64,000 bases of DNA, from NCBI GenBank assembly GCA_910588235.1, contig CAJUOQ010000008.1:476-64475 (forward strand), given 5' to 3'. The notes under the pieces are model-generated. The model was not told where the DNA came from. It ran no database searches and worked only from the letters and a program-made list of their open reading frames with translations. Of this stretch, positions 43,075-52,308 are shown piece after piece; the stretch's first letter is position 1; each line of letters opens with the position of its first letter. The position numbers were made by a program, and so were the translations under genes. The stretch comes from an uncultured Atopostipes sp. (GTDB lineage Bacteria > Bacillota > Bacilli > Lactobacillales > Carnobacteriaceae_A).

Positions 43075-43946
43075 ACTTCACTTATCAGCCCGATACGCCT
43101 TTTGAAAATAAAGTCTTACACGACATCAACTTCACGATTAAAGATAAAAGCTATACGGCTATTGTGGGGCACACTGGAAGTGGGAAATCAACGATTTTAC
43201 AGCATCTGAATGCACTAAAAATCCCAACTACAGGGAGTGTATGGATCGGTGACACTGAAATATCCGCGAAAGATCAAGTAAAATCACTCAACGATATTCG
43301 AAAAGAAGTCGGTGTTGTTTTTCAATTTCCAGAAGCACAACTTTTTGAAGAAACGATCGGAAAAGATATCGCATTTGGTCCCCAAAACTTTGGATTATCT
43401 GAAGAAGAAGCGCTCAAACGCGCGGAAGAAATACTGCCTGTGGTCGGCTTAGATGCTTCATTTATGGATCGCTCTCCTTTTGATTTATCTGGGGGACAGA
43501 TGCGTCGAGTAGCGATTGCTGGGGTCCTCGTGATGAAGCCAAGCGTTCTCGTTTTAGATGAACCGACGGCTGGTTTAGATCCAAAAGGCCAGTTTGAAAT
43601 GATGTCGCTTTTTAAAGAACTTCATGAAAAGCAAGATATTACAATTGTGCTAGTCACTCACCAAATGGAAGATGTGGCTGATTATGCGGATCATATGATT
43701 GTGTTAGATGAGGGAAGAGTCGTTGGTGAAGGTGCTCCAGGAGAAGTCTTTCAAAATGAACAGTGGCTCCAATCGATACAATTAGATGTTCCAAAAACGG
43801 TTGAATTTGCCCAGATGTTAGCTGAAGATGAACAATGGGTATTAGAAGATGTACCGTTAACCATTCATGAGTTATCGGATTTCATTATGGAAAAACTACA
43901 AAAATCAGCAGTACAAGGTGAAAGAACAGGTGATGTCGATGGATAA
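43050..43946 (+). CDS. ecfA2: ECF transporter ATPase subunit A2
   Basis: About 298 aa, overlapping the ecfA1 end; the start could be 43044 or 43050. Motifs GHTGSGKST, LSGGQMRRV and VLVLDEPTA. Confidence 0.92.
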   Translation: MEIRFENVNFTYQPDTPFENKVLHDINFTIKDKSYTAIVGHTGSGKSTILQHLNALKIPTTGSVWIGDTEISAKDQVKSLNDIRKEVGVVFQFPEAQLFEETIGKDIAFGPQNFGLSEEEALKRAEEILPVVGLDASFMDRSPFDLSGGQMRRVAIAGVLVMKPSVLVLDEPTAGLDPKGQFEMMSLFKELHEKQDITIVLVTHQMEDVADYADHMIVLDEGRVVGEGAPGEVFQNEQWLQSIQLDVPKTVEFAQMLAEDEQWVLEDVPLTIHELSDFIMEKLQKSAVQGERTGDVDG

Positions 43947-44739
43947 ATTAATTCTGGGGCAGTATATTCCGGGAGATTCGTTTATTCACCGTTTGGATCC
44001 AAGAACAAAGCTGATTTCATCTATTTGGTTTATTTTGTTGATTTTTATGGCCAGTGGTTGGTGGACTTATGGCTTACTGATTGCGACCGTATTTATCGCA
44101 GCTAAACTCTCACAAATTCCTATCCGCTATTATATCAATGGCCTTAAACCTTTAACGTTTTTAATACTGATTACCGTGATTTTCCAATTGATGTTTTCTC
44201 AAGGAGATACGATTCTTTTTGAGTTCGGTTGGCTACGAATTACGCAAGAAGGACTGATCAATGCAGTCTTAATTATTATTCGTTTTGTCTTGATTGTTTT
44301 TATGTCAACGATCTTGACATTAACAACGACACCTCTTGAGATTGCGGATGGGATAGAAGCTTTACTACGTCCATTGAAACGATTTAAAGTCCCTGTACAA
44401 GAAATTGCCCTTATTCTATCGATTGCCTTACGTTTCGTCCCTACTCTAATGCAAGAAACAGAAAAAATCATGAATGCGCAGAGAGCACGCGGGGTTGACT
44501 TTAGTGCCGGGAATTTACTTGAACGGATGAAAAAAGTTGTCCCATTATTGATTCCTTTGTTTATCAGTTCCATTGACCGAGCTGATCAATTAGCGGTTGC
44601 GATGACCGCTCGAGGTTATCATGGAGGAGAGATGCGGACAAAATTACGGCAATTGGTTTGGAGCCGCAATGATTGGCTAATATTCGGTATTTTCACTGGC
44701 CTTACACTCTTTCTTGTTGTTGGACGATTTATTATTTAA
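43933..44739 (+). CDS. ecfT: ECF transporter transmembrane (T) component
   Basis: The likely start is ATG 43933 (MSMDKLILGQYIPGDSFIHRLDPRTK..), overlapping the ecfA2 end. The track start at 43867 lies inside ecfA2. CbiQ-family topology. Confidence 0.9.
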   Translation: MSMDKLILGQYIPGDSFIHRLDPRTKLISSIWFILLIFMASGWWTYGLLIATVFIAAKLSQIPIRYYINGLKPLTFLILITVIFQLMFSQGDTILFEFGWLRITQEGLINAVLIIIRFVLIVFMSTILTLTTTPLEIADGIEALLRPLKRFKVPVQEIALILSIALRFVPTLMQETEKIMNAQRARGVDFSAGNLLERMKKVVPLLIPLFISSIDRADQLAVAMTARGYHGGEMRTKLRQLVWSRNDWLIFGIFTGLTLFLVVGRFII

Positions 44740-44764
44740 CCAAGGTATGGAGGAGGTGGCGTGA

Positions 44765-45568
44765 GTGGAAAAAGCAGAAACTATTCGTTATAAGGCGACG
44801 ATTGCTTATGATGGGACGAATTTTTCAGGTTTTCAAATTCAACCAAATGAACGAACCGTTCAAGGAGAAGTTGAAAAAGCTTTAAAAACAATTAATAAAG
44901 ATAAATTTATTCGGATCCATCCGTCTGGACGAACCGATTCAGGAGTGCATGCACGAGCGATGGTCTTTCATTTTGACTTTCCGCGTTCGATTCCAAAAGA
45001 AGGTCTGTTTAGAGCGATCAACGTCTTAACGCCTGCAGATATATCTTTATATCATTTAGAAGAGGTCGCACAGGACTTTCATGCGCGTTACCATGCAGTA
45101 GGAAAGACCTATACTTATCGTGTGGATAATCAGAAGATCCGTAATCCATTTACAAGAAATCATGTATTACATCATCCTTACTCTATGGATATTGAAAGGG
45201 CCCAACTGGCTTTAGATGTCTTAGTTGGTACGCATGATTTTACAAGTTTTTGTTCAACAAAAACAGATAAGGAAGATAAGGTCCGAACGATTTATAAAGC
45301 GACTGTCGAAAGAGATGAAACAACGCAAGAGTGGGTTTTTACATTTGTCGGCAATGGCTTTCTTTATAATATGATTCGAATTATCATTGGGACCGTTTTG
45401 GCTATCGCGGACGGTCGACGAGAAATTGCGATTATGGCGGAAATCCTGGAGGCTAAAAAACGAGGAGCAGCAGGTCCTACAATTTCTCCAAAAGGACTCT
45501 ACTTAGAAGAAGTGCATTATGACAGAGAAAAATTAAAAACCCCTGAAAAAATCCGGGATAATCGTTGA
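44765..45568 (+). CDS. truA: tRNA pseudouridine(38-40) synthase
   Basis: 267 aa with a GTG start 7 nt after ggaggagg. The catalytic motif is GRTDSGVHA. Confidence 0.95.
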   Translation: MEKAETIRYKATIAYDGTNFSGFQIQPNERTVQGEVEKALKTINKDKFIRIHPSGRTDSGVHARAMVFHFDFPRSIPKEGLFRAINVLTPADISLYHLEEVAQDFHARYHAVGKTYTYRVDNQKIRNPFTRNHVLHHPYSMDIERAQLALDVLVGTHDFTSFCSTKTDKEDKVRTIYKATVERDETTQEWVFTFVGNGFLYNMIRIIIGTVLAIADGRREIAIMAEILEAKKRGAAGPTISPKGLYLEEVHYDREKLKTPEKIRDNR

Positions 45569-45593
45569 CATTGAGCCCGATTAAAGGTATTAT
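45565..45593 (+). promoter_or_regulatory. Promoter for rplM-rpsI
   Basis: TTGACA (overlapping the truA stop), 17-nt spacer, TATTAT. Confidence 0.7.
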
Positions 45594-45599
45594 AACTAA

Positions 45600-45766
45600 T
45601 GGTATTGTTTACCACCATGATAAGCCCCGGAACTTATTATGTGAAAAACAGTAAAATTATACGATGAATTTAAATAATGAATGAAATTAATTTTATTTTT
45701 TTCTTTCGGAACAAAGATTAAAATAAATAATAAAAGATTCAAGAATTTATTTTGGAGGGAAAACTA
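45600..45766 (+). promoter_or_regulatory. L13 ribosomal-protein leader (candidate)
   Basis: A ~165-nt leader precedes rplM, with the hairpin catgataag-ccccggaa-cttattatg. The position matches the Firmicute L13 leader class. It was not scanned with a covariance model. Confidence 0.5.
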
Positions 45767-46207
45767 GTGCGTACTTATATGGCTAAACCAGCTGAAATTG
45801 ATCGCAAATGGTATGTTGTTGACGCTACAGACATTTCTTTAGGACGTCTTTCAACAGTTGTTGCAGCAATTTTACGCGGTAAAAATAAACCAACTTACAC
45901 ACCACACGTTGATACTGGTGATCATGTTATTGTTGTAAATGCTGAAAAATTACAATTAACAGGTAAAAAAGAATCAGATAAATTATATGCTCGTCACTCT
46001 GGATATCCTGGCGGACTTACACAAGTTTCTGCTGGAGAATTACGTGAGAAGAATGCAAAACGTTTAGTTGAAACATCAATTAAAGGAATGCTTCCTAAAA
46101 ACTCACTTGGACGTAAAATGATTAAAAAATTACATGTTTACGCAGGTCCAGATCACAAGCAAATAGCACAACAACCAGAAGAACTAGACATTACAGAATT
46201 GATTTAA
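45767..46207 (+). CDS. rplM: 50S ribosomal protein L13
   Basis: A GTG at 45767 follows SD ggaggg and gives (M)[19 protein letters not shown].., 146 aa. The track start at 45752 overlaps the SD. Confidence 0.95.
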   Translation: MRTYMAKPAEIDRKWYVVDATDISLGRLSTVVAAILRGKNKPTYTPHVDTGDHVIVVNAEKLQLTGKKESDKLYARHSGYPGGLTQVSAGELREKNAKRLVETSIKGMLPKNSLGRKMIKKLHVYAGPDHKQIAQQPEELDITELI

Positions 46208-46228
46208 TCTTAGGGAGGGAAATCCACA

Positions 46229-46621
46229 TTGGCACAAGTACAATATTTTGGAACTGGTCGTCGTAAAAACTCTGTTGCTCGCGTTATTTTGACACCAGGT
46301 ACAGGTAAAATTGAATTAAACGGTAAAGATATCTCAGAATACTTACCATATGACTATTTACAAACAGTTATTAGACAACCATTTGTCGCTACAGACACTG
46401 AAGGTAGTTACGATGTTCGTGCAAACCTTCAAGGTGGAGGTTACGCAGGACAAGCAGGAGCAGTCCGTCACGGAATCGCTCGCGCTTTATTATCAGTAGA
46501 TCCAGATTTCCGTTCTTCATTGAAATCTGCAGGTTACTTAACACGTGACCCACGTATGAAAGAACGTTACAAACCTGGTCGTCGTAAAGCACGTAAATCA
46601 CCACAATTCTCAAAACGTTAA
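46229..46621 (+). CDS. rpsI: 30S ribosomal protein S9
   Basis: 130 aa with a TTG start; the sequence ends ..[13 protein letters not shown]. Confidence 0.96.
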   Translation: MAQVQYFGTGRRKNSVARVILTPGTGKIELNGKDISEYLPYDYLQTVIRQPFVATDTEGSYDVRANLQGGGYAGQAGAVRHGIARALLSVDPDFRSSLKSAGYLTRDPRMKERYKPGRRKARKSPQFSKR

Positions 46622-46706
46622 TACGATTACTATTGGATCAACAACGAGCAGTCTTTTTGGCTGCCAGTTGTTGCAAATCTCAATATAGTGATAAAGTTTG
46701 CTTGAA

Positions 46707-46736
46707 AGCACTGGCAGAAATGTCGGTGCTTTTTTG
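46707..46736 (+). terminator. Intrinsic terminator after rpsI
   Basis: 10-bp stem agcactggca / tgtcggtgct with a GAAA tetraloop, then TTTTTTgccTTTTTT. A second, imperfect hairpin lies at 46639-46673. Confidence 0.85.
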
Positions 46737-46924
46737 CCTTTTTTATAAGGAGCCTAATAGAAGAGCGAGAAAGATTTTTACTTGTAGAGATGTACAAGTT
46801 TCTGGGTCCCTCTCGTTCAATTATTGCAGCGACGAAAGATAATCTGATGTGACCATAGCATTCAGAAGAAAAACCAAAATAAGCAGCCACGCTTAAACAG
46901 TTGCTTAAAAAGGAGATTATATAT

Positions 46925-47498
46925 ATGCATCATTCACATGATAAATCTAGCAATGGAAAAGTATCGTACTTGGAAAGCCCTGAACGGAAAAGAGAATTTT
47001 CTCCGGAACAATTACTGAATTTCATTCCTTTAAAAGAAACGGATAGCATTTTAGACTTTGGTGCTGGAACGGGTTATTTTTCCATTCCAGTAGCGAAGAG
47101 AACCACGGGTAAAGTATACGCACTAGATATCGATGCTGAAATGTTGGAAATAATAAAAGAAAAAGCTTTAAAGGAACAGCTTACGAATATTGTGCCAGTG
47201 CAAGAAAGTATCGAAGAACTTTCCTTACCAGACGGGCTCTATTAATCTGATTATTGCTTCTCTAGTATTGCATGAAATTCAGCCGTTGGGTCCACTATTA
47301 CAACAAATGAGAAATGTAATGAAAAAAGAAGGCTATCTAATCTGTCTGGAACTCGAACCAAAAGGTAATGCAGATCAAGGACCTAGACTTACCAGGGAAA
47401 GAATGGAGCAAGAAATGAAAGACGCTGGCTTCCAGATAACTGAGAAACATTTCCCCGCGGAATCTCTGTATATGCTCGTTGCACAGAAAGCAGATTAA
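46925..47498 (+). pseudogene. Class I SAM-dependent methyltransferase interrupted by a +1 frameshift
   Basis: Two overlapping track ORFs (46901-47245 and 47190-47498) together form one methyltransferase: motif I LDFGAGTGYF in the first, ..LIIASLVLHE.. in the second. Frame 1 reads ..LPDGLY* and frame 2 continues SINLIIASLVLHE. Removing one base from gacGGGCtct (47231-47237) restores PDGSINLII. Confidence 0.7.
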
Positions 47499-47536
47499 TC
47501 TGTTGCTTGTTGTTTAATTAAGGAAATGAGAACTTT

Positions 47537-47815
47537 AGCCAGACGATAAACGTCTTATCTTCCTGTGGTAGAGTTCTATCAGGTCGATAAACAGTTTATC
47601 TTCCTGCGGTAGCATTCATCGGGACGATAATCGATTTATCTTCTGGTGGTAACATCCCAGCGAGCCGTTAACTGATTTATCTTCCTGCGGTGGTGCTCCA
47701 GTGGGTCGCTAACTGATTTATCTTCCTGCGGTGATGCTACAGTGGGTCGTTAATTGGTTTATCTTCCTGTAGCGCCACTCCAGCACGACGTTAAATGATT
47801 TATCTTCTCGCAGAG
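47537..47815. repeat. Seven-copy direct tandem repeat, period 40-41 bp, non-coding
   Basis: The anchor TTATCTTC(C/T) recurs at 47555, 47596, 47636, 47677, 47718, 47759 and 47800. Each unit carries a 15-bp imperfect palindrome, perfect in copy 2 (GATAAACAGTTTATC, 47586-47600). There is no ORF of 60 aa or more on either strand. Confidence 0.9.
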
Positions 47816-47935
47816 CTTTCTTTTTTGGCGTCCTTTTTAATCTTCGCTTCAAGTGCTAGTCCTTGATGTGTTATTATATGTTTTGTAGTTACTCAGGAAT
47901 AAGTAGCTCATGGTTTAAAAGGAGAGATCGACTGA

Positions 47936-48577
47936 ATGAACTGGTTATTATTGGGACAAATTTTCTTAATCAATTTGCTTTATATTACTTTAAATACAAT
48001 TCGAGTTATTTTGACGATGAGAGGATATCGCAAAGCAGCGCCCTTGTTGGCTATTATAGAGGTAACAATTTATACATTAGGTTTATCTTTAGTGATCGAA
48101 TATTTATCCAATCCCATCTATCTAGTCGCTTATGCTTTAGGCTTTGGGGTAGGAATCTATACCGGTATGATGATTGAAGATCGTTTGGCACTTGGTTATT
48201 CTGTAGTCTATATCATTACCGATTCTGTAGATCATACCCTTGCGGATAGTCTACGAAAATTGGGGTATGGAGTCACTATCCAAACCGGCTATGGACGTGA
48301 CGGAGAGCGTTTAGTTTTAACAGTTTTAACGCCTCGTTCGACTGAAATCCGGCTCTTTCGTGCGATTGAAGAAATCAGTCCGACGGCTTTTTATTATTCA
48401 TTTGAGGCGAAATATATTCAAGGCGGTTTTTGGACGAAGAATATCAGCCCGCAAGAAATTGCAGAAGCTCCTTTGCCGGAAGAAATTATGGCTGAGGAAG
48501 AAGATTTTATGTCTAAAGAAGAGTATCAAGAGGAAAATGATCTTAAAGAAAGTTCAAATCAAGACAATTCAGAATAG
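47936..48577 (+). CDS. UPF0316 family membrane protein (DUF2179-type C-terminal domain) with an acidic tail
   Basis: 213 aa. Three N-terminal TM helices, then ..GYGVTIQTGYGRDGERLVLTVLTPRSTEI.. typical of the UPF0316/DUF2179 family from memory. SD is aaaaggagag. Confidence 0.75.
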   Translation: MNWLLLGQIFLINLLYITLNTIRVILTMRGYRKAAPLLAIIEVTIYTLGLSLVIEYLSNPIYLVAYALGFGVGIYTGMMIEDRLALGYSVVYIITDSVDHTLADSLRKLGYGVTIQTGYGRDGERLVLTVLTPRSTEIRLFRAIEEISPTAFYYSFEAKYIQGGFWTKNISPQEIAEAPLPEEIMAEEEDFMSKEEYQEENDLKESSNQDNSE

Positions 48578-48586
48578 CCAGCTACG

Positions 48587-48619
48587 AAAGCACTTGCTCA
48601 TTTGAGGGGTGCTTTTTTT
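48587..48619 (+). terminator. Intrinsic terminator after the UPF0316 gene
   Basis: Stem aaagcact / ggtgcttt with a T7 run. Confidence 0.7.
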
Positions 48620-48700
48620 GGTTTTGTACAAATTTATTGCTAATATATGTCTAATACGATTCAATAAAAAAATAATTTTTTATGTAGAAGGAGTCAGGCA

Positions 48701-49867
48701 ATGAACGAATTATATCCAGAAATTTCTAAGTATATGTCAGAACAACGAGAAGAGATGGTTTCATTATTAGAAACGATTGTAAATATTGAAAGTGGGCCGG
48801 AACAGCCTGAAGGCGTGGATGAAATCCTTGATATTTTCAAAACAGCATTCGATGATCTAGGGCTCGATTCCCGCATTATTGAATGCGAACATGCCGGAAA
48901 TATTATTGTTAGTCAGTATACACCGGAAGATGTAGAAAACGAAGCCCCAATTGTGTTGAGTGGTCATATGGATACTGTCTTTCAGGAAGGTGCTTTAAAA
49001 GAGCACGCGTTTCGAAAAGTTGATCAGCAATGGGCAAAAGGAGCAGGAATTGCTGATATGAAAGGTGGACTAGTCATTGCTTTATATACCTTAAAAGCAT
49101 TGATTCATCTGGATTATAAAAAGCATCCGATTAAAATGTTATTTATTGGGGATGAGGAAACCTTGCATCGCTACTCGAATACACGCGAAGTGATGTTAGA
49201 AGAACTTGCAGGAGCAGCCATGATGCTAAACTTTGAACCTGCGGATGCATTTGGTCATTTAGGAGTCAGTCGTAAAGGTGGCGGAATGGTAAGCTTAGAA
49301 GTTGAAGGCATTGGAGCTCATTCCGGAATGGGCGCAACAATCGGACGTAGCGCTATTATTGAATTATCACATAAAATTATCGAATTAGAAGAAAAAACTG
49401 ATATTGAACGTGGAAAATTAATTAATTGTGGTTTGATTGAAGGGGGCGTAAGTGCTAATACTATCCCTGCTTATGCGAAAGCAAACCTTTCAATTCGCTT
49501 CCCTGATCAAGCGACAAAAGAGGAAATATTAGATGACTTTGAAGCGGTAGTGAGTAAAACGACGATTCCAGATACAACTGCCCATTACAAAGTGGAAGGT
49601 CTCTTGGATGCGATGGAATTTACTTCTAAAGTAGAGCAGTTAGCGGATCATTTTATCAAAGTAGGAACAGACTGTGGTTATGATGACTTAGTAAAATATA
49701 AGAGTGAAGGCGCAAGTGACGCTTCTCTAGGTGTCGTCGCGGATGTCCCAACATTATGTAGTATGGGTATTGTCGGTGATGGCGCGCATACAATGGACGA
49801 AATTGCTGACTTAGATTCGCTAGTTTCAAGAGCAATCTTAGCGACTGCGGGCGTTTTTACTTTCTAA
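48701..49867 (+). CDS. M20 family metallopeptidase (carboxypeptidase G2 / glutamate carboxypeptidase-like)
   Basis: 388 aa with the motifs SGHMDTV, ADMKGG and GDEE in M20 order. Confidence 0.85.
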   Translation: MNELYPEISKYMSEQREEMVSLLETIVNIESGPEQPEGVDEILDIFKTAFDDLGLDSRIIECEHAGNIIVSQYTPEDVENEAPIVLSGHMDTVFQEGALKEHAFRKVDQQWAKGAGIADMKGGLVIALYTLKALIHLDYKKHPIKMLFIGDEETLHRYSNTREVMLEELAGAAMMLNFEPADAFGHLGVSRKGGGMVSLEVEGIGAHSGMGATIGRSAIIELSHKIIELEEKTDIERGKLINCGLIEGGVSANTIPAYAKANLSIRFPDQATKEEILDDFEAVVSKTTIPDTTAHYKVEGLLDAMEFTSKVEQLADHFIKVGTDCGYDDLVKYKSEGASDASLGVVADVPTLCSMGIVGDGAHTMDEIADLDSLVSRAILATAGVFTF

Positions 49868-49890
49868 TCATTGGTTAAATAAATGACAAT

Positions 49891-49927
49891 AAAAAAGAGG
49901 TCGGGCGACGATGCCTGACCTCTTTTC
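49891..49927. terminator. Bidirectional terminator between the M20 peptidase and ilvE
   Basis: Stem agaggtcgggc / gcctgacctct with a 6-nt loop, an A-run upstream and a T-run downstream. Confidence 0.85.
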
Positions 49928-49930
49928 AGT

Positions 49931-50971
49931 TTATACAGTGACTTTTTCAATCCATCCTTCAGGTCCTTCTAAATCTCCAAATTGAATAGAAGTTAAGGTG
50001 TCATACAATTTCTTTGTAAGGGGGCCAACTTCTGTTTCAGAATGAAAAACATGGAAATTATCTTGCGTTTGGATCCCACCGATAGGAGAGATAACCGCTG
50101 CTGTTCCACAAGCACCCGCTTCTTTAAATTCATCTAAACGATCTAAATAAATATCGCGCTCTTCAACGCCTAACCCTAAATAATGTTCGGCTAAATAGAG
50201 GAGAGAATACTTTGTGATACTAGGTAAAATAGAAGGAGAGTCTGGTGTCACAAACACATCCTCGTGCGTAATTCCGAAAAAGTTTGCGGCCCCGACTTCT
50301 TCAATTTTTGTATGTGTAGCAGGGTCTAAATAAATGCAATCACTGAATTCTCGCTCTTGTGCTTGTTTTCCAGGGAGTAAACTAGCGGCATAGTTGCCAC
50401 CGACTTTAGAAGCGCCTGTTCCATAAGGAGCTGCCCGGTCGTAACCTGAAACGATAAAGTTCGTAGGGGCGAGTCCACCTTTGAAATAAGGGCCAACGGG
50501 GGTTACAAAAACCGAAAAGATATATTCTTCTGCAGGTTTGACCCCAATATTATCACCCACCCCGATCATGTATGGGCGAATATAAAGAGTACTCCCCGAC
50601 TCATAAGGAGGAACCCAATGGGCATTCGCAGCCACAACTTTTTCCACCGCATCAACAAATCTTTCGACCGGGAAAACAGGCATTAACAGGCGTTCGCAAC
50701 TTCGGGCAAGACGTTTCGCATTTTCTTTAGGTCGGAATAATTGAATATCTCCCTCTTTTGTTCGATAAGCTTTCATTCCTTCAAAACTTGCTTGCCCATA
50801 GTGTAAGGCAGGTGAACCTTCGCTAATCGTTAACTTATTTTCAGTGGATAATTTTCCCTCATCCCAAGCACCATTTTTCCAATGAGAGATAAAACGATAA
50901 TCTGTTTTGATATATGAGAATCCGAGATTACTCCAGTCTAAATCGACTGTTTTATTTTTTGCTTTTTCCAT
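49931..50971 (-). CDS. ilvE: Branched-chain amino acid aminotransferase (class IV PLP fold)
   Basis: 346 aa with ..[16 protein letters not shown].. and ..[15 protein letters not shown].., typical of IlvE/BcaT. Confidence 0.92.
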   Translation of the reverse strand: MEKAKNKTVDLDWSNLGFSYIKTDYRFISHWKNGAWDEGKLSTENKLTISEGSPALHYGQASFEGMKAYRTKEGDIQLFRPKENAKRLARSCERLLMPVFPVERFVDAVEKVVAANAHWVPPYESGSTLYIRPYMIGVGDNIGVKPAEEYIFSVFVTPVGPYFKGGLAPTNFIVSGYDRAAPYGTGASKVGGNYAASLLPGKQAQEREFSDCIYLDPATHTKIEEVGAANFFGITHEDVFVTPDSPSILPSITKYSLLYLAEHYLGLGVEERDIYLDRLDEFKEAGACGTAAVISPIGGIQTQDNFHVFHSETEVGPLTKKLYDTLTSIQFGDLEGPEGWIEKVTV

Positions 50972-50998
50972 AAATTATATTTTCCTTTCATCTGTGGG

Positions 50999-52024
50999 TT
51001 AATTGACGGCTAAAGCCATATCGCCTGTACCGATTTTCTTTCTAGCATAAAGAACTTTATTGACGGCTAACGTAATGATGACGGGCAGAATAGCTCCACA
51101 TAATAGATAAACACCAAAACCAATCCAACCGTTGCTATTGATCACATACAAGGGAGCAACGAAAGAACAAAAGCCCATTCCACCCATTTCAGGAACGGTA
51201 GTAAAACCAAAAACCATCGTTGCGATAGGTGCGGCAATTGCAGAAGAAATGGTCGGGCCAATTAAAAGAGCAGGATTTTTAATAATATTTGGTAGCTGTA
51301 CTTTAGGAGTACATAAAACCTGAGCTAAGAAACCACCAATATCATTTTCTTTAGCAGATACAACAGCAAAGGCGAAAAACTGTGCCGTTGTTCCAATTAA
51401 CATTGCCCCACTAGAAACGGGATCGAGGGCTAAGGCAACAGCTAAAGCAGCAGAAGACGCGGGAGACATCAGTAACAAACCCCAAACGACGGCTAAGATC
51501 ATTGAACCAATTAGAGGACTGCCTGCGACCGCATCAGAAATGGCTGTACTGATCACAATCAAGAAAGGGGTCATGACTCTTTCAAGTAAAATACCCGCCG
51601 TTCCTCCGACCAGTAAAGCAGCAACAGGAACAGCCATCATATCAAGTGGTGTTTTCCCTGTGACTTTTTTGCCGATAAAAGTGGCTATGACACCCGCTAA
51701 TAAAGCACCAATAGGTTCACCGCCGACAATACTTAAAGCGCCATCCGCTCCGGCTTGAATGGCTCCACCACCGAGCGAAGCAGCGACCATTGCACTAAAA
51801 ATAGTTAATGTATTACTGTTTAACATGACAGCAATCCCGGCCCCTAATGCAGGCGCTAATAATACTTTAGCGACACCGCCAATGGTCATTAATAATGGAA
51901 GTTGGAACATTTCACCGATTGTTTCTAAGAGAAAACCTACACCAATAGTTAAAAAGATGGCATTCGCGACGCCGGATGAGGCCTTCAATATTTTTTCTTT
52001 TGTACTTTCTGCTGACTTCTTCAT
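50999..52024 (-). CDS. Polytopic membrane protein, PTS_EIIC_2 / PfoR-like family (putative transporter)
   Basis: 341 aa, Gly/Ala-rich and multi-TM, with a ..GGEPIGALLAG.. motif. The family name is from memory and is tentative. It is separated from ilvE by 27 nt, so co-transcription is likely. Confidence 0.7.
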   Translation of the reverse strand: MKKSAESTKEKILKASSGVANAIFLTIGVGFLLETIGEMFQLPLLMTIGGVAKVLLAPALGAGIAVMLNSNTLTIFSAMVAASLGGGAIQAGADGALSIVGGEPIGALLAGVIATFIGKKVTGKTPLDMMAVPVAALLVGGTAGILLERVMTPFLIVISTAISDAVAGSPLIGSMILAVVWGLLLMSPASSAALAVALALDPVSSGAMLIGTTAQFFAFAVVSAKENDIGGFLAQVLCTPKVQLPNIIKNPALLIGPTISSAIAAPIATMVFGFTTVPEMGGMGFCSFVAPLYVINSNGWIGFGVYLLCGAILPVIITLAVNKVLYARKKIGTGDMALAVN

Positions 52025-52076
52025 ATTTTCCCTCCTGTTTAATCTCTTTACCTGAACCTAGACTCATTATTTTGGA

Positions 52077-52150
52077 TAAAAAAATAAGCCCTCGTAATAA
52101 CGAGTGGCTCATTTGAAGAGAAGAGCCACTAACACAAATAGGACTCTTCT
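52077..52150 (-). terminator. Attenuator: three overlapping hairpins ending in an intrinsic terminator
   Basis: Minus strand: agaagagtcc/ggctcttct (52150-52119), agtggctc/gagccact (52130-52103), and gccactcg-ttatta-cgagggc plus TTATTTTTTT (52108-52077). Confidence 0.7.
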
Positions 52151-52176
52151 TTTTGCTGGTGGGCAAAGATAGAATC

Positions 52177-52269
52177 CTAAGGCTCGACTAAAATAATGAC
52201 TAAAAGGGGAGACGAAAATGTCTGCTGATGGTTATAAAACTTCATTGTCATTTTTTTAATTTTATTCAT
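52177..52269 (-). CDS. Candidate leader peptide with a Leu/Val/Ile run (30 aa)
   Basis: Not in the track. ATG lies 8 nt after aaaggagg. Translation is MNKIKKMTMKFYNHQQTFSSPLLVIILVEP followed by a TAG stop. Confidence 0.6.
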   Translation of the reverse strand: MNKIKKMTMKFYNHQQTFSSPLLVIILVEP

Positions 52270-52308
52270 TTTCGCTGCCTCCTTTTACTTGGTTTAGGTA
52301 ATGGAATC

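Noticed and set aside
46630-46890. ORFs on both strands (86 aa minus strand, 69 aa plus strand) between rpsI and the methyltransferase
   Set aside because: They span the two rpsI terminator hairpins, overlap each other on opposite strands, and lack SDs and any recognisable motifs.
47537-47815. A CRISPR array interpretation of the 41-bp periodic repeats
   Set aside because: The segments between the conserved cores are homologous to one another (degenerate copies of the same sequence), not unique spacers. The core is only about 20 nt and spacer-like segments about 20 nt. There are no cas genes or leader in the window. It is a diverged tandem repeat.
47863-48177. A 104-aa plus-strand ORF overlapping the start of the UPF0316 gene. 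A further overlapping ORF lies at 48360-48605.
   Set aside because: They are alternative frames of the same region without an SD. The 47936-48577 frame has an SD, TM helices and a recognisable conserved domain.
52077-52300. A T-box riboswitch as the explanation for the ilvE-operon leader
   Set aside because: I found no T-box sequence (AANNNGGGUGGUACCGCG-like) on the coding strand, and the leader is too short for the stem I/specifier architecture. A well-initiated mini-ORF with seven BCAA codons fits leader-peptide attenuation better. A cmscan would settle this.
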